63,558 nucleotides of DNA, filler included, from Chiloscyllium plagiosum (GCF_004010195.1; 4 parts of one record of this genome joined end to end with filler, not necessarily neighbours in it), one strand, 5' to 3'. Counted from the whole stretch's first letter, positions 37,544 to 49,831 are shown. Notes: generated by a model not told the origin, from the sequence alone. Program-made: numbers and translations.

Positions 37544-38190
37544 AAAATGTAACTCTACTCTTGAGCATTGTTGCATAAAATATAAAATTTAAAAAATGAA
37601 GTAGTCGTGATAAACTTAAATAAAACCTTAATACTTCAAGGACCTATTTTGTAGCAGCCAGTTTTTCATGTTTGTTTTGTGTTGTGTTGTGTTGCTTCCA
37701 TGACAACAGTGGTGCATGCATCTGGTGTTTGTTCTGCTGGATGATATTTTAAAGAAATTATTGCTGTTCATGAGCAAGTAGCACCAACCAGAAGTGCACA
37801 GAGAAGGAAGACTGTGACTTCGGTTTGTGTTAGTCAATTACTGATTGACACCGAAGCTGTGATTTTGAGCTCAAAGCTTCAGTTAATGACATCTAATAAA
37901 AATAACAACAGGAGGGACACAAATGTTTGATGGGATCAAAAATTATTTTCAAGTTGGTTGTTGGTTTTTGTTTTCCTATTTGCTGTTACTGAGATTGTAA
38001 CTCTGATTTCCAGAGTTTGTTAAAGTTGCAGAGGTCTTTGGAGAGTGGCACTTGATCCCAGGTATATGGGTGAGTTTGCATTCCCTGGTGTACAGTATCA
38101 CAAGTGGAGAGTGTGTTGCTGGAAAAGCACAGCAGGTCAGGCGGCATCCGAGGAGCAGAAGAATCAACGTTTCGGGCATAAGCCCTTCAT

Positions 38191-38520
38191 CATGAGTTTC
38201 TTCACAGGCAGGGAGCACACACATGTCATGTTGTTAATTTTAGTTTGTATCATGTATGAAACATGGAGCACAGCATTGATTGACTGCACATCTGACCAAG
38301 GAGTACAGGCTCAAGGGCTAAATTATCTACTCCTATTGCTATGATTCATCTATACTTGATGGCCAGGCAAATGCTGAACTTGTTTATCATTTAGCCCTTG
38401 AGCCTGTACTCCTTGGTCAGATGTGCAGTCAATCAATGTTGTGCTTCATGCTTCCTACATGGTCCAAATTAAATTAACAACATGACATTTGTGTGCTTGC
38501 TGCCTGTGAAGAAACGCATG
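38191..38520. repeat. Inverted repeat with about 133-bp arms and about 66-bp spacer
   Basis: catgagtttcttcacaggcag..ggctcaagggctaaat / atttagcccttgagcc..ctgcctgtgaagaaacgcatg. Confidence 0.88.
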
Positions 38521-40519
38521 AAGATTACTCATCCATTCAAAAGGTGCATCCAATTTCAGGAGTTGTCAATTTCGCAGTCAAGAATACTTTATGTAGTACT
38601 GCTATCAATGGTACTAATAGAATATTGAGATTTTAGAGAGAGATAGAGAAAGTGAAGATTTTACTAGGTTCCTACCTCAAGTAGAATTATAAAGGGATTA
38701 TAGTTTCTTTTAACTAGGAAAATTACATAATAATAGCATTTAAAATTATGACAAGTTGTGTAAGAGTTGTCACCAGTGGGTGAGAGATCTAATTTCCTAT
38801 CCCATAAGTAAAAAATGTATGAATAAAGGTCCAAAGAAACTATTTAACACGTGAGGCCATGAAGTTCACTCTGAATTATTTGAGGCAAGTAAGTAAGAAA
38901 GAAATTAAATGACATAATACTGAAGTAACTTTGTGTAAATGTGATTGGAACTGTTTGCTTGATTGAAACTTTAACATTGATGAGAATCCGAGAGTCAAAA
39001 AGCCCATTTCCAGGTTTTATCTACTTTTTTGCAAATTAGTGTCTATTAGCTCAAAATCTCTTGCTTTAAAGATAATAAATAAATAATTGCTCAGCCAATA
39101 ATGATTCTCTTTACAAACGAGCATATTTAGAAAGCTCATGCTATTATACATGGAGCTAAAATAATAATTTTGGACATTTTGGTTTTAGTTCTCATCCAGT
39201 CAAACTGCTTTGGATTCTGAATTTCCCCAGTGAAATGGTTCTAATCATGTGATTATTCTTATTGGTGAGACATTTAAAAAATGCAAATAATTTAGTGGGG
39301 TTGAATATTAGTTAGTTAACGATTTGTTACTGTTTGTTAAAGTAGCAGTGCATGGTCACAATAATTTCAACCCTCAGTAAAGAGGTCCAGCACAATACAA
39401 CAATCTATTGTATTCAAAGCACTATCTTTCAAGCAAAAAGCTTTAAAGCAGAATCTATACAGGATATATGTTATGAAATAATAAATACAATGAAATTATT
39501 TTAAAACTGTAATCTTGAAATCAGTTGAAATCAGTCAATCTGCAGTAATTATGGACAATGCTAAATCTGTTTCACAAAGTGTCTCTGACAGAAACCTGGG
39601 TATATATTGTCTGCATGTCCCTTAAACACAAAGTGATAGATGCATGGGAAGTATAAAGCAAATAGGGCATAACAGTAGTTTGAACTTGTTTAGGTAGCTT
39701 GAGTTCAAAAAGGAATTGCTAAAGTCCAAGTAATGAATTCACATGGAACACTGAAACTACTGATTACAGATTGAACAAAAGTAAAGCATGGAAAAGTATT
39801 TTTAAAAACAATTGTGTGATATTGTAATCTCTAACAGATATCACATACACTGAACCTGTAATAATTGAATATGTATAATTGATTCTAAATGTAACATGTG
39901 AAGAAAATTAAATTATGTTCCATGAAATTGAACTTTGATTGTTGAACTAATAAACTAGTTGCTACTTTATTTCTTGTAGCCAGCTCTTTTATCATGTTTG
40001 GAATAATCACTTTTTGCCTTCAGTTTCCGTAATGATCAACTCTTGGCGTCTCCATGCATTTACATGTGTTTCAGTCAATGTTCAGGTTTATTCACACATT
40101 AGCAGATCATACTTAATGGTCTGATGTTCAGATTTGGAATTCATCCATCAAAGACTTAACGGCACTAACAACGTAAACTTATGAGCCCATAAATAATATA
40201 TAGTTTTAAGGTATTTGGCAAATAAGCCAAAAAATAACTTTATAAAGGAAAATTATAGATTGCTTTGGACAAAGTGCAGAGGACTGAGGATAACTGCATA
40301 GTTTTATCGAAGAGCTAGTGATAGAGTTAACGATCTCGTTCTGTGCCTTTAATATTTTGCAAAAGGTGCTATTTTACAAATAGCGTTGATTTGCTCAGGT
40401 TTTCAGTATTAGATTACCAGAATGTGATATTTTGCAGTTTAAGAAATCCTGATTTACAGTATAGTTGAAAGTGAAAACCTAATGCAGTTTTTAGAAATGT
40501 TGTTCCTTTATTCTTCCAG

Positions 40520-40628
40520 AAATGATTGGAAACAGTATAAGCTCAGACGACTTTACTTCATTTGGATTTGCAAGGAAATTCAATCTTTTTTCTGGTTTGC
40601 AGATCTGCTTTGCATTTTCCATGACAAG
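40520..40628 (+). CDS. NOX4: NADPH oxidase 4 next exon
   Basis: ttccAG..GTAAGA, 109 bp, in phase with the previous exon. NDWKQYKLRRLYFIWICKEIQSFFWFADLLCIFHDK. Confidence 0.93.
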
Positions 40629-42336
40629 GTAAGACCAGATTGGGAACTTGAGCAACAATGTTCTAGTTTGTGTTATGTAGAGTAAAAGCTTCCATTATTC
40701 TGTTAACCTTGTCCAAGAAATGTGAGCTGGAATTGTTTTCAGAAATTTCATGTCATGCTGAATTAAAGACTTTACAACCAGTATTGCTCCAACTTCAGTA
40801 AATGGTATTTTAACAGATTTTTACCCTCCGAGTTTAAATGTTAAAGCAGTGTCAAATTGTAAATGTGAAAGTTTTCCTCCAGAATTGCAAAGTGTGCTAA
40901 AAGTTACCGTTGTTTTTATTGGATGTAAACCTAAGAAAATGGTTAACACACAAATGGAATAAAAACTAAGGGCTGGACCTGAGGTTAGTTGGCCAAGTCT
41001 GAGTTGCGTCAAAATTTTGGAAGGCTTTTCACCACTAGGCTTTAGGATTCCTTGGTCTATCTTACAAATCTTGCTAAATTAATTATCTACCCCTATAGTG
41101 ACACTCATGTCTGATTTCTGCCCCAAAGTATCTCAGCATTCATGAAACAACTCATTACTCAGGGAATATCTGCCAAAACATTCCTTGTGCCATGCCATCA
41201 TTGAAAGGCTGCTGTTATCCAGACTAGCATTGACAATCTGGCATTGCTCACCAACATCATGGCACAGCTGCCAAAAAGTCATGCTGTCTGCAACAAATTA
41301 CCATAATGGCTGACAGATCCTTACACATACAACCTCTTCTCTCATCCTAGCCGAATAACCACACCACACACTTTACTTCTCCTCGGCCGCATTCCTCTGC
41401 ACACCATCTAAGTCAGTGCTACCCTGTTCCAGTATCCCATGGATACCTGCATCTGAGCACTTTCCAGTAGGGAAATATCATATATAGAAAGCTGTCCAAC
41501 AATTCCAAGCACACACATGAGCTTTTATTTACAGAAATATCAGTCCAGTTTAACTTTGGCCAATTGTAACACCAGTGTATTGGTACTAGGAGGTTCAATG
41601 ATGGCAATGTCATTGAATATCAAGTGACTGTGATTTAGGTTCTTTGTTGCTGGAGATAGTCATTGCTTGGCACCTGTGTGGCATGAATGTTACTTGCCTG
41701 TCCAAGCATAAATATTGTCAAGGTTTTACTATGTTTGGCTGTAGAGTGCTGCAGTACCTGAGAAGTCACAAATGGGGCAGACCATTGTGCAAACATTTCT
41801 AGTTCCGGCCTTATGATGGACTAGCAGAAGTTGTTGGGCCGAGGATACCCTACCGTGATGTTCTGGGTTTGAGATGACTGACCCCAAATGAGTGCAACTA
41901 CTATGCTTTGCCAGGTGTGACTCCAAACAGTGAGATTTTCTTTTCCTTGATTTCCATTGACCCTTGACCTGCCAGTGCTCATCACACTCTATCAAATATG
42001 GCCTTTGTCAAGGGCAGTCACTCTCTCCTCACTTCTAGAATTCCGCTCTTTTCTCCATGTTTGAACCAAGATGTAATGAGGTCAGGCGTTGAGTGGCAAG
42101 ACCCACACTGAGCTTCAGTGAATAGGTTTTTGCTGAACAAGTGCTGCTTGCTGTCACTGTTGATGACCCCTTTCATCATTTAATTAATGATTGAGAGTAG
42201 ACAAATATAGGGTCATTGATTGGTTTTGATTTGTCTTGTTTGTGTACAGCACAAACCTGGACAATTTTCTATATTGCTGTATAGATGCCAGTGTTGTAGC
42301 TGTACTTGAACAGCTTGGCGAGGGGCATGGCTAGTT

Positions 42337-42644
42337 TAGATTAGATTCCCTACAGTGTGGAAACAGGCCCTTTGGCCCAACCAGTCCACACCAACCCTCC
42401 GAAGAGTAACCCACCCAGACCCATTTCCCCTCTGACTAATGCACCTAACACTATGGGCAATTTAGCCTGGCCAATTCATCTCATTTGCACATCTTTGGAC
42501 TGTGGGAGGAAACCGGAGCACCCAGAGGAAACCCACACAGACACTGGGAGAATGCGCAAACTCCACACAGACAGTCGCCTGAGGCTGGAATCGAACCTGA
42601 GACCCTGGTGCTGTGAGGCTAACCACTGAGCCACCGTGCTGCCC
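42337..42644 (-). mobile_element. HE1/V-SINE-type SINE
   Basis: Head GGGCAGCACGGTGGCTCAGTGG, V-domain and (TCTAA) tail. Confidence 0.9.
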
Positions 42645-42661
42645 AAAAAAGCGGCTCAGGC

Positions 42662-42711
42662 TCCTCCTAAGGGTCGACAGTCCTTCGCTCTACTTGCTGA
42701 GCTATCAAAGG
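42662..42711 (-). pseudogene. tRNA-Tyr-derived pseudogene (intronless, T-arm deleted) with leader, trailer and T6
   Basis: CCTTTGATAGCTCAGCAAGTAGAGCGAAGGACTGTCGACCCTTAGG-AGGA compared with vertebrate mature tRNA-Tyr CCTTCGATAGCTCAG.TGGTAGAGCGGAGGACTGTAGATCCTTAGG..AGGA. Confidence 0.75.
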
Positions 42712-42781
42712 AGAGCCCTTCTGGAGAACAAATCTTCAATTCAATTGCCAGAAAATTGTAAGCACCCATACCCTCTGTAAT

Positions 42782-43985
42782 ACATAGGAGCAGAAGTAAG
42801 CCATTCAGCAAATTGAGTTTGCTCTGCAATCCAGTGAGATCATAACTGATCTGATAATCCTCAGTTCCACTTTCGCATTTTTCCCTATAACCCTTGATTC
42901 CCTTACTGATTAAAAGCCTGCCTTAAATATATTTGTCAACCCAGCTTTAACAACCCTGTGATAGAGAATTCCATAGATTCACTACCCTCTGAGAGAAGAA
43001 ATTCCTCATCATCTTTGTTAAATTGTGAGACCCTTTGCTCATGCACTCTGCTCCTCGTCTCCCCCAGAAGGGGAAACAGCCTGGATGTAGGTTTGCTCGC
43101 TGAGCTGGGAGGTCCATTTCCAGATGTTTCGTCACACTACTCGGTAACATCTTCAGTTGGCCCAAGTGAAGCAGTGTACATGATTCCTGCTTTCTATTTA
43201 TATGTTTGGGTTTCTTTGGGTTGGTGATGTTATTTCCTATGGTGATATCATTTCCTGTTCTTTTTCTGAGGGGGGGGAGTAGATGGGGTCTAACTCTGTG
43301 TTGGTTGATTAGAGTTATTGTTGGAATGCCATGCTTCTAGGAATTCTCATGCATGTCTCTGTTTGGCTTGTCCTAAGATGGATGTGTTGTCCAATCGAAG
43401 TCATGCCCTTCCTTAGCTGAATGTGTTAGGATATGAGTAAGAGAGGGTCATGTTGTTTTGTGGCTAGTTGGTGTCCTTTGGTGCTAGCCTCTCCCATGAA
43501 GCACAACTTCTTAGCATTTATCATGTCAAGTCCTTTAAGCATCCTCTCTGTTTTAATGATATTATTGCTCATTCTTCGAAGTATATAGTATCCCAAACTG
43601 TTTAGCCTTTGCTCATAAGACCATCCCTCCATGCCAGGGATTATAGAACATAGAACATTACAGGCCTTTCGGCTCTCCATGTCGCACCACCCTATGAAAT
43701 CAATCAGAAGCACATCTAACCTACACTATTCCATTTTCATCCATATGTCTATCCAATGACCATTTAAATACCCTTAAAGTTGCTGAGTCTACTGCTGTTG
43801 CAGGCAGTGCGTTCCATGCCCCTACCACTCTGAGTAAAGAAACTACCTCTGACGTCTGTCCTATATCTATCACCCCTCAATTTAAAGCTATGCCCCCTTG
43901 TGCTAGCCATCACCTTCCAAGAAAAAAGGCACTCACTGTCCACCCTATATAATCCTCTGATTATTTCATATGTCTCAATTCAGTC
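42782..43985 (-). mobile_element. Nested CR1 3' ends with an inserted Poseidon-type PLE 3' end (about 43081-43480)
   Basis: MRNFFSQRVVNLWNSL; the PLE repeat is homologous to 55140-55560. Confidence 0.75.
43123..43156 (-). ncRNA. Minimal hammerhead ribozyme motif (Poseidon-type PLE)
   Basis: CUGAAGA-U-GUUAC-loop-GUGAC-GAAA-CAUC. Confidence 0.6.
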
Positions 43986-44511
43986 ACCTTTTTTTTTTCA
44001 GACAGCCATCCATCCATTTTCAAAATTCTCAATTCCCAAAATTTCAAAACAAAAGTGCATGGTCACGTTCAGTCGAGACACTTGAGTTCAGTAGATGATA
44101 ACTGGAGTAGAAACAGCATGCAGGGGTTAGGGGAAGCAGAAGAATGGCACTACGTCACGATACTCCGTCGAAGAGCCAAGAACAGACAAAACGAGTCAAA
44201 AGGTTGTCTTCTGCACCTTCACAATCTGCTTCTACTCCTTGACCCCTCCTCACGCTCCCTGGCACCTTCCTCATGCTCCCTACATGTATTCTTCCAAACT
44301 CCTTGTGAACCTTCTCTGAAATACCTCCAAAGAAATTATATCTTAAATATGGGATCAAAACTGCAGGAAGCACTCCAGATATGGTCTCACTAGCACCTTG
44401 TATAGTTACAGTAAGATTTCTTCTACTCTAACCTCCTTGAAGAAAGAATCAACATCCCATTATCTTCTGAACCTGTGTGCTAGCTTTCTATGTTTCATAC
44501 ACAACCCTTTC

Positions 44512-44800
44512 ATTCCCTACAGTATAGAAACAGGCCCTTCAGCCCAACAAGTCCACACGAACTCTCCAAAGAGTAACCATCTCAGACCCATTCCCCTACC
44601 CTATGTTTACCCTAATGCACTGTGGGCAATTTAGCATGGCTAATTCACCTGACCTGCAAATGTTTGGATTGTGGGAGGAAACTGAAGTACCCAGATGAAG
44701 CCCACGCAGACACTGGGAGAATGTGCAAACTCCGCACAGCCAGTCGCCCAAAGTGAGAATTGAACCCGGGTCCCTGGTGCTGAGAGGCAGCAGTGCTACC
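44512..44800 (-). mobile_element. HE1-type SINE
   Basis: V-domain and B-box present. Confidence 0.85.
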
Positions 44801-44887
44801 CATGTTGCATCTGTCTGCAGTTTTTGTCTATTTCAATAATATTCTGTTTTTTTGTTCTCTGTTCTAAAATAAACAACTTCACACTTT

Positions 44888-45370
44888 TAGAAAAGATTTA
44901 TAAGGACGTTGCCTGGTTTAGAGGATTTGAGCTGTAGGGAGAGACTGAATAGGCTGGGGCTGTTTTCCTTGGATCGTTGGAGGCTGAGGAGTGACTTTAC
45001 AGAGGTTTATAAAATCATGGGGGCTTGGATAGGGTAAATAGACAAGGTCTTTTCTCTGGGGTGGGGGAGACTAGACCTAGAGGGCATACGTTTAGGGTGA
45101 GAAAAGACAAATTTAAAAGGGATTTAGGGGCAACTTGTTCACACAGAGGTGTGTGTGTATATGGAATGAGCTGCCAGAGGAGGTGGTGGAGGCTGGGATA
45201 ATTAAAACATTTAAAAGGCATCTGGAATGGCATATGACTAGGAAGGGTTGAGAGGGAAATGGGCCGAGTGGTGGCAAATGGGACTAGATTAATTTAGGAT
45301 ATCTGGTCAGCACGGAGGAGTTGGACCAAAGGGTCTGTTTCCATGCTGTATATCTCCAAAACTCTATTAT
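44888..45370 (+). mobile_element. CR1 3' end
   Basis: Paralogous to 3416-3759 and 59700-60140. Confidence 0.88.
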
Positions 45371-46409
45371 ACTCCATTTGCGGACTTACTTGATCAATCA
45401 ATTTCACTGCAACCTGCCTTATCCTAATACTGTCTTCTATCAGTTAGTCAATCTTCTGATCATGCTGATATACTGCCTCAAACATGGGATCTTATAAAGT
45501 AGCCTAACACGTAGTATCTGACAAAAGCACTTCTGAAAATCCAAATATATTACATCCACTTTTTTTTAATCTAGTCTTGTTGTTACCTCCTCAAAGAATT
45601 CTACTAAATTTGTCTGGCATGAAGTCTCCTTCATGAAGCCATGCTGACTCTGCTTGATCATGTATTTCCAAACTCTCTGCTATTGCATCCTTTTATTATA
45701 GAGTCTAACATTTTTCCAAGGTACGAAATGAACAGGATTATATTTACCTTTTCTCGTCTCTATCCCCTTTTAAAAGTGTTGCGTTGGCAGCTTTCTCCAG
45801 AATTTAAAAAATCTTGGAAAATTACTATCAGTGCATCCACTATTTTTGTAGCTACTTCCTTAAATAGCATGAAAGCATTCCATCACATCCAGAAGACTAA
45901 TTGGTCTTTCGCCCATAGCACATTTCTTTTAGCGATAGTTTTTTTTTTCTCATCCTTTATGCCCTTTAATTAATGAGTAATTTTGGAATGCTGTTGGTGT
46001 CTTCTAATCTGAAGACCAATGCATAGTATTTGTTCAACTTCTCTGCATTTCCTTGTTATTATTTCAACAGACTTGTTCGCTAAGCAGCCTATGTTCGCGT
46101 CATTGCCTCTCTCTAATATATTTAATAAAGCTCTTGTTGCCCACCTTGAGGTCAGATGAAAGTGGCTTGCAAAACTATTGGTACCAGTGCACGTGGGGGA
46201 AAGGTGATGATGCATCTCTAATAAGCAAGTAGACAGTGCAGATACCATGCAAGGTTAGTAAGTGGGGATTTGAGATGGGTGAGACTGAGTGAAGGAAGAT
46301 GCTGCACATCTATAGTGAGGGTGGCAGCCCATGAGGATTGGTGGGAGCTGTGTGCAGTAACAGATTTTGAGTGCATGTGAAGCAGCAAAGTAATGGAGAA
46401 TGAGGTGCT

Positions 46410-46680
46410 ACTTACCCTGGTGTGGAGCAGAGAAAGTCTTTGACTTTGGTACACTACAAAGTGTTCCTCTAGACAGTGGAAACCTGACTGATCTGCGTGG
46501 AAACTTCAGACGAGGCTGGCAGGGTCTGGTGTCATGGCCTCCTTTGCTGGTCCTGGAGAAGGAGGATAGCTCTCCTAAGCATCACCTTGTCCATGTTCAG
46601 ATTCCTGTCCACAAAGTGTGGTATATTGCCAACTTCCTTTATCAATTGCATCTGGGACACGTTACTCGAAACAGGGTAAT
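46410..46680 (-). mobile_element. Decayed Myb/SANT-like ORF, probably a PIF/Harbinger transposon remnant
   Basis: PHFVDRNL..RRAILL..QRRP*..EVSTQIS..RNTL*CTKVKDFL resembles Myb_DNA-bind_5 (PRFS..EL..W.EVA..RT..QC.KK.NDL), followed by GTAAG. Confidence 0.4.
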
Positions 46681-47701
46681 TCTGGACTGCCAGGCTTTGC
46701 CTAGCACAACTCCTGTGTAAATATGTCATGAATGCCAGGAATCCCAGATTGTCCCAACAATCGCAAGTATCTCTGTCAACAGTGAGTGGGAGAATAGGAC
46801 CAGGAAGTTGGCACATACGTAGTTAAGTGAGCTTGGGACAATAACAGGTGAAAACCTATTAGACCTGTAGAAGAGAGTGTCTCTGCAAAATGTGCCAAAA
46901 CTAACACTATTGATATCCTGTATGCTTCAGTCCTAAATGTTTATACCTTACCTGAGGTTTAGTTGATTTTTTTTTTTAAACTTGAGATATGAAGATGAGG
47001 CATAAAGGGCCTGAATGTAATATGCAAAGTTCAAAAATTGAGAGAAGTCAATATAAATCAGCTGATAATGATGAATTTATCTCCACTTAGCTTTGTAAGT
47101 GAGGAAAAGGAATAGAACATTAGGATTTACAGTGATTCTTTTTAGGAATGAATCCAAACAAGCATAAGGCTTTAAAATGGATTAAACACAGAATGCTGGA
47201 GAAACTCAGCAGATTCTGACAGCAACTGTGAAGAGAGATAGAGTTAACATTTTGAGTCCAGTGTGAGTCTTTTTCAGAACCCTTCAGAAGTATTGTATTT
47301 TGCTTTCATTACTTAAAAATAGATTCTAATTTTAGGATACAGGGAGGAAGCAACAAAGTTGTAGGATGTGATATTTACAACTTACAGAAGTAACGAGAAA
47401 CAAGTTGAGGCATGATAAAGCCAAAAGAAGTTATTGCAAGATGAAGGTGAAATTTAATGAATTTGACACTGTCAATTCAATTCCTTAGAATTATATTCAA
47501 TCAGTCTCAAAGGATGTTGGACCCATTCTTCCTGCAATAAATCTTTCATGGTAGACATTTCCTTGCACAAATATTAAGTTTGCAGTTTAATGTTCTTATT
47601 GTGATTGTGTTTCCCTGTAGTGCTATAAGGGGATTTCTATTTTGTTATAATTTGGAGAGTTTCTTGCCCTTTTCTCTGTACTGTATTACTTACTTTTTTG
47701 A

Positions 47702-48786
47702 GTTAAAAATCACACAACACCAGGTTATCGTCCAACAGGTTTAATTGGAAGCACACTAGCTTTCGGAGCGACGCTCCTTCATCAGGTGATTGTGGAGGGC
47801 TCGATCGTAACACAGAATTTATAGCAAAAATTTGCAGTGTGACGTAACTGAAATTATACATTGAAACATTGATTGTCTGTTAAGCCTTTCATCTGTTAGA
47901 ATACAGTGATAGTTTCACTTCTTTCATGTGTAAATCACAAAACCTTTTTTTAAAGTTGCATACTCGGGTTAGCTGTTAACAATGGTGATAGCTAGACAAT
48001 ATGTTGAAGGAGTTAGCCGCCTGTGTTCTCTGTCTATGACCTGATGTTTAGATTGATTCTAATCTAAAAAGTGAGATAACAGAGTTTTACATAAATTCAT
48101 GCAGTTTTTGAGCTCAGAGTTCTACATGAATGTATGCAGTTTTTGAGCAAAGTGCAATGTAACTCTGCAAGTACAAATTCACCACACAAACTGTGTGTGT
48201 GCATGTGGGTCTTTGTCTGTATGTGTGTGTGTGTGTGTCTGTGGTGGGGGTTGAGAGTGTGAGAAGTGTGTGTAGTGCAATGGTGATCACCTGTAATGTG
48301 ACATGAACCCAAGGTCCCGGTTGAGGCCCTCCCTATGGGTAGCAAACTTAGCTCTCAGCCTCTGCTTGGCCACTTTCCTCTGCTGCCTATCCCGAAGTCC
48401 ACCTTGGAGGATGGTCACCCGAAAGTCCGAGGCTGAATGTTCTGAACCCCCTGAAGTGTTCCCCAACTGGGAGGGAACCCTCCTGTCTGTTGATTGTTGT
48501 GCGGTGCCCATTCATCCGTTGTCGTAGCCTTTGCTCGATTTCCCCAATATACCATGCCTCCGGGCATCCTTGCCTTCAACGTATAAGATAGACAACGTTG
48601 GGTGAGTCACATGAGTACCTGCCATGTACAAGGTGGGAGGTGTTCCCACGCGTAATAGTGGTATCTATGTCCACAATCTGACACATCTTGCAGCGTCCAC
48701 CATGACAGGGTTGTATGGAGTTGTCCTGAGAGCCGGGCAGTTTGCTACGAACAAACTGCCCAGCTCTCAGGACAACTCCATACAGC
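47702..48786 (-). mobile_element. Neptune-type PLE 3' part (Cys linker, GIY-YIG, terminal repeat)
   Basis: QPCHGGRCKMCQ..YSCDSPNVVYLIR and ..GLNRDLGFMSHY; (TG)n tract and terminal repeat with hammerhead. Confidence 0.88.
47754..47788 (-). ncRNA. Type I minimal hammerhead ribozyme, intact
   Basis: CAC-CUGAUGA-A-GGAGC-GUC-GCUCC-GAAA-GCUA/GUG: stem I CAC:GUG, 5-bp stem II, palindromic AGCU stem III, cleavage triplet CUA. Confidence 0.75.
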
Positions 48787-49731
48787 TCTCCCACCCACAG
48801 CTTCCAACCTCATAGTCCGGGAACCCCGCACTGCCCGGTTCTACCTCCTTCCCAAGATCCACAAGCCTGACCACCCTGGCCGACCCATTGTCTCAGCATG
48901 CTCCTGCCCCACTGAACTCATCTCTACCTACCTCGACACTGTCCTATCCCAAGTCCAGGAACTCCCCACATACGTTCGAGACACCACCCACGCCCTCCAC
49001 CTCCTCCAAGACTTCCGTCTCCCCGGCCCCCAACGCCTCATCTCCACCATGGATATCCAATCCCTCTACACCTCCATCCACCATGACCAGGGCCTCCAAG
49101 CCCTCCGTTTTTACCTCTCCAGACGTTCCCAACAGTACCCCTCCACCGACACTCTCATTCGTTTGGCCGAACTGGTCCTCACCCTTAACAACTCCTTCGA
49201 ATCCTCCCACTTCCTCCAGACCAAAGGGGTAGCCATGGGCACACGTATGGGCCCCAGCTATGCCTGTATCTTTGTTGGCTATGTAGAGCAGTTGATCTTC
49301 CGTAATTACACCGGCACCACTCCCCACCTCTTCCTCCGCTACATTGATGACTGCATTGGCGCCACCTCGTGCTCCCGCGAGGAGGTTGAGCAATTCATCA
49401 ACTTCACCAACACATTCCACCCTGACATTAAATTTACCTGGACCATCTCTGACACCTCCCTCCCCCTCCTGGACCTCCCCATCTCCATCAGTGATGACCG
49501 ACTTGACACTGACATTTTCTACAAACCCACCGACTCCCACAGCTACCTGGATGACACCTCTTCCCACCCTACCTCTTGCAAAAATGCCATCCCGTATTCC
49601 CAATTCCTCCGCCTCCGCCGTATCTGCTCCCAGGAGAAGCGGTTCCACCATAGAACACACCAGATGGCCGCCTCCTTTAGAGAACGCAATTTCCCTTCCC
49701 ACGTGGTTAAAGATGCCCTCCAACGCATCAC
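48787..49731 (+). mobile_element. PLE reverse transcriptase region, truncated by the gap
   Basis: FYLLPKIHKP..GRPIVS, MDIQSLYTSI, QTKGVAMGTRMGPSYA, LRYIDDC, IPYSQFLRLRRICS. Confidence 0.93.
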
Positions 49732-49831
49732 NNNNNNNNNNNNNNNNNNNNNNNNNNNNNNNNNNNNNNNNNNNNTTAATTAATTAANNNNNNNNNNNNN
49801 NNNNNNNNNNNNNNNNNNNNNNNNNNNNNNN
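49732..49831. other. Assembly gap with artificial linker
   Basis: N44-TTAATTAATTAA-N44. Confidence 0.95.

Larger units (their letters stand above)
41560..42780 (-). mobile_element. Degenerate CR1-clade LINE ORF2 (second family); host of the tRNA-SINE insertion
   Basis: LAKLFKYSYNTGIY..IVQV-type RT N-terminal remnant; related pieces at about 25700-26090. Confidence 0.6.

Noticed and set aside
48944..49723. 259-aa ORF on the - strand
   Set aside because: Antisense shadow of the C-rich PLE RT.
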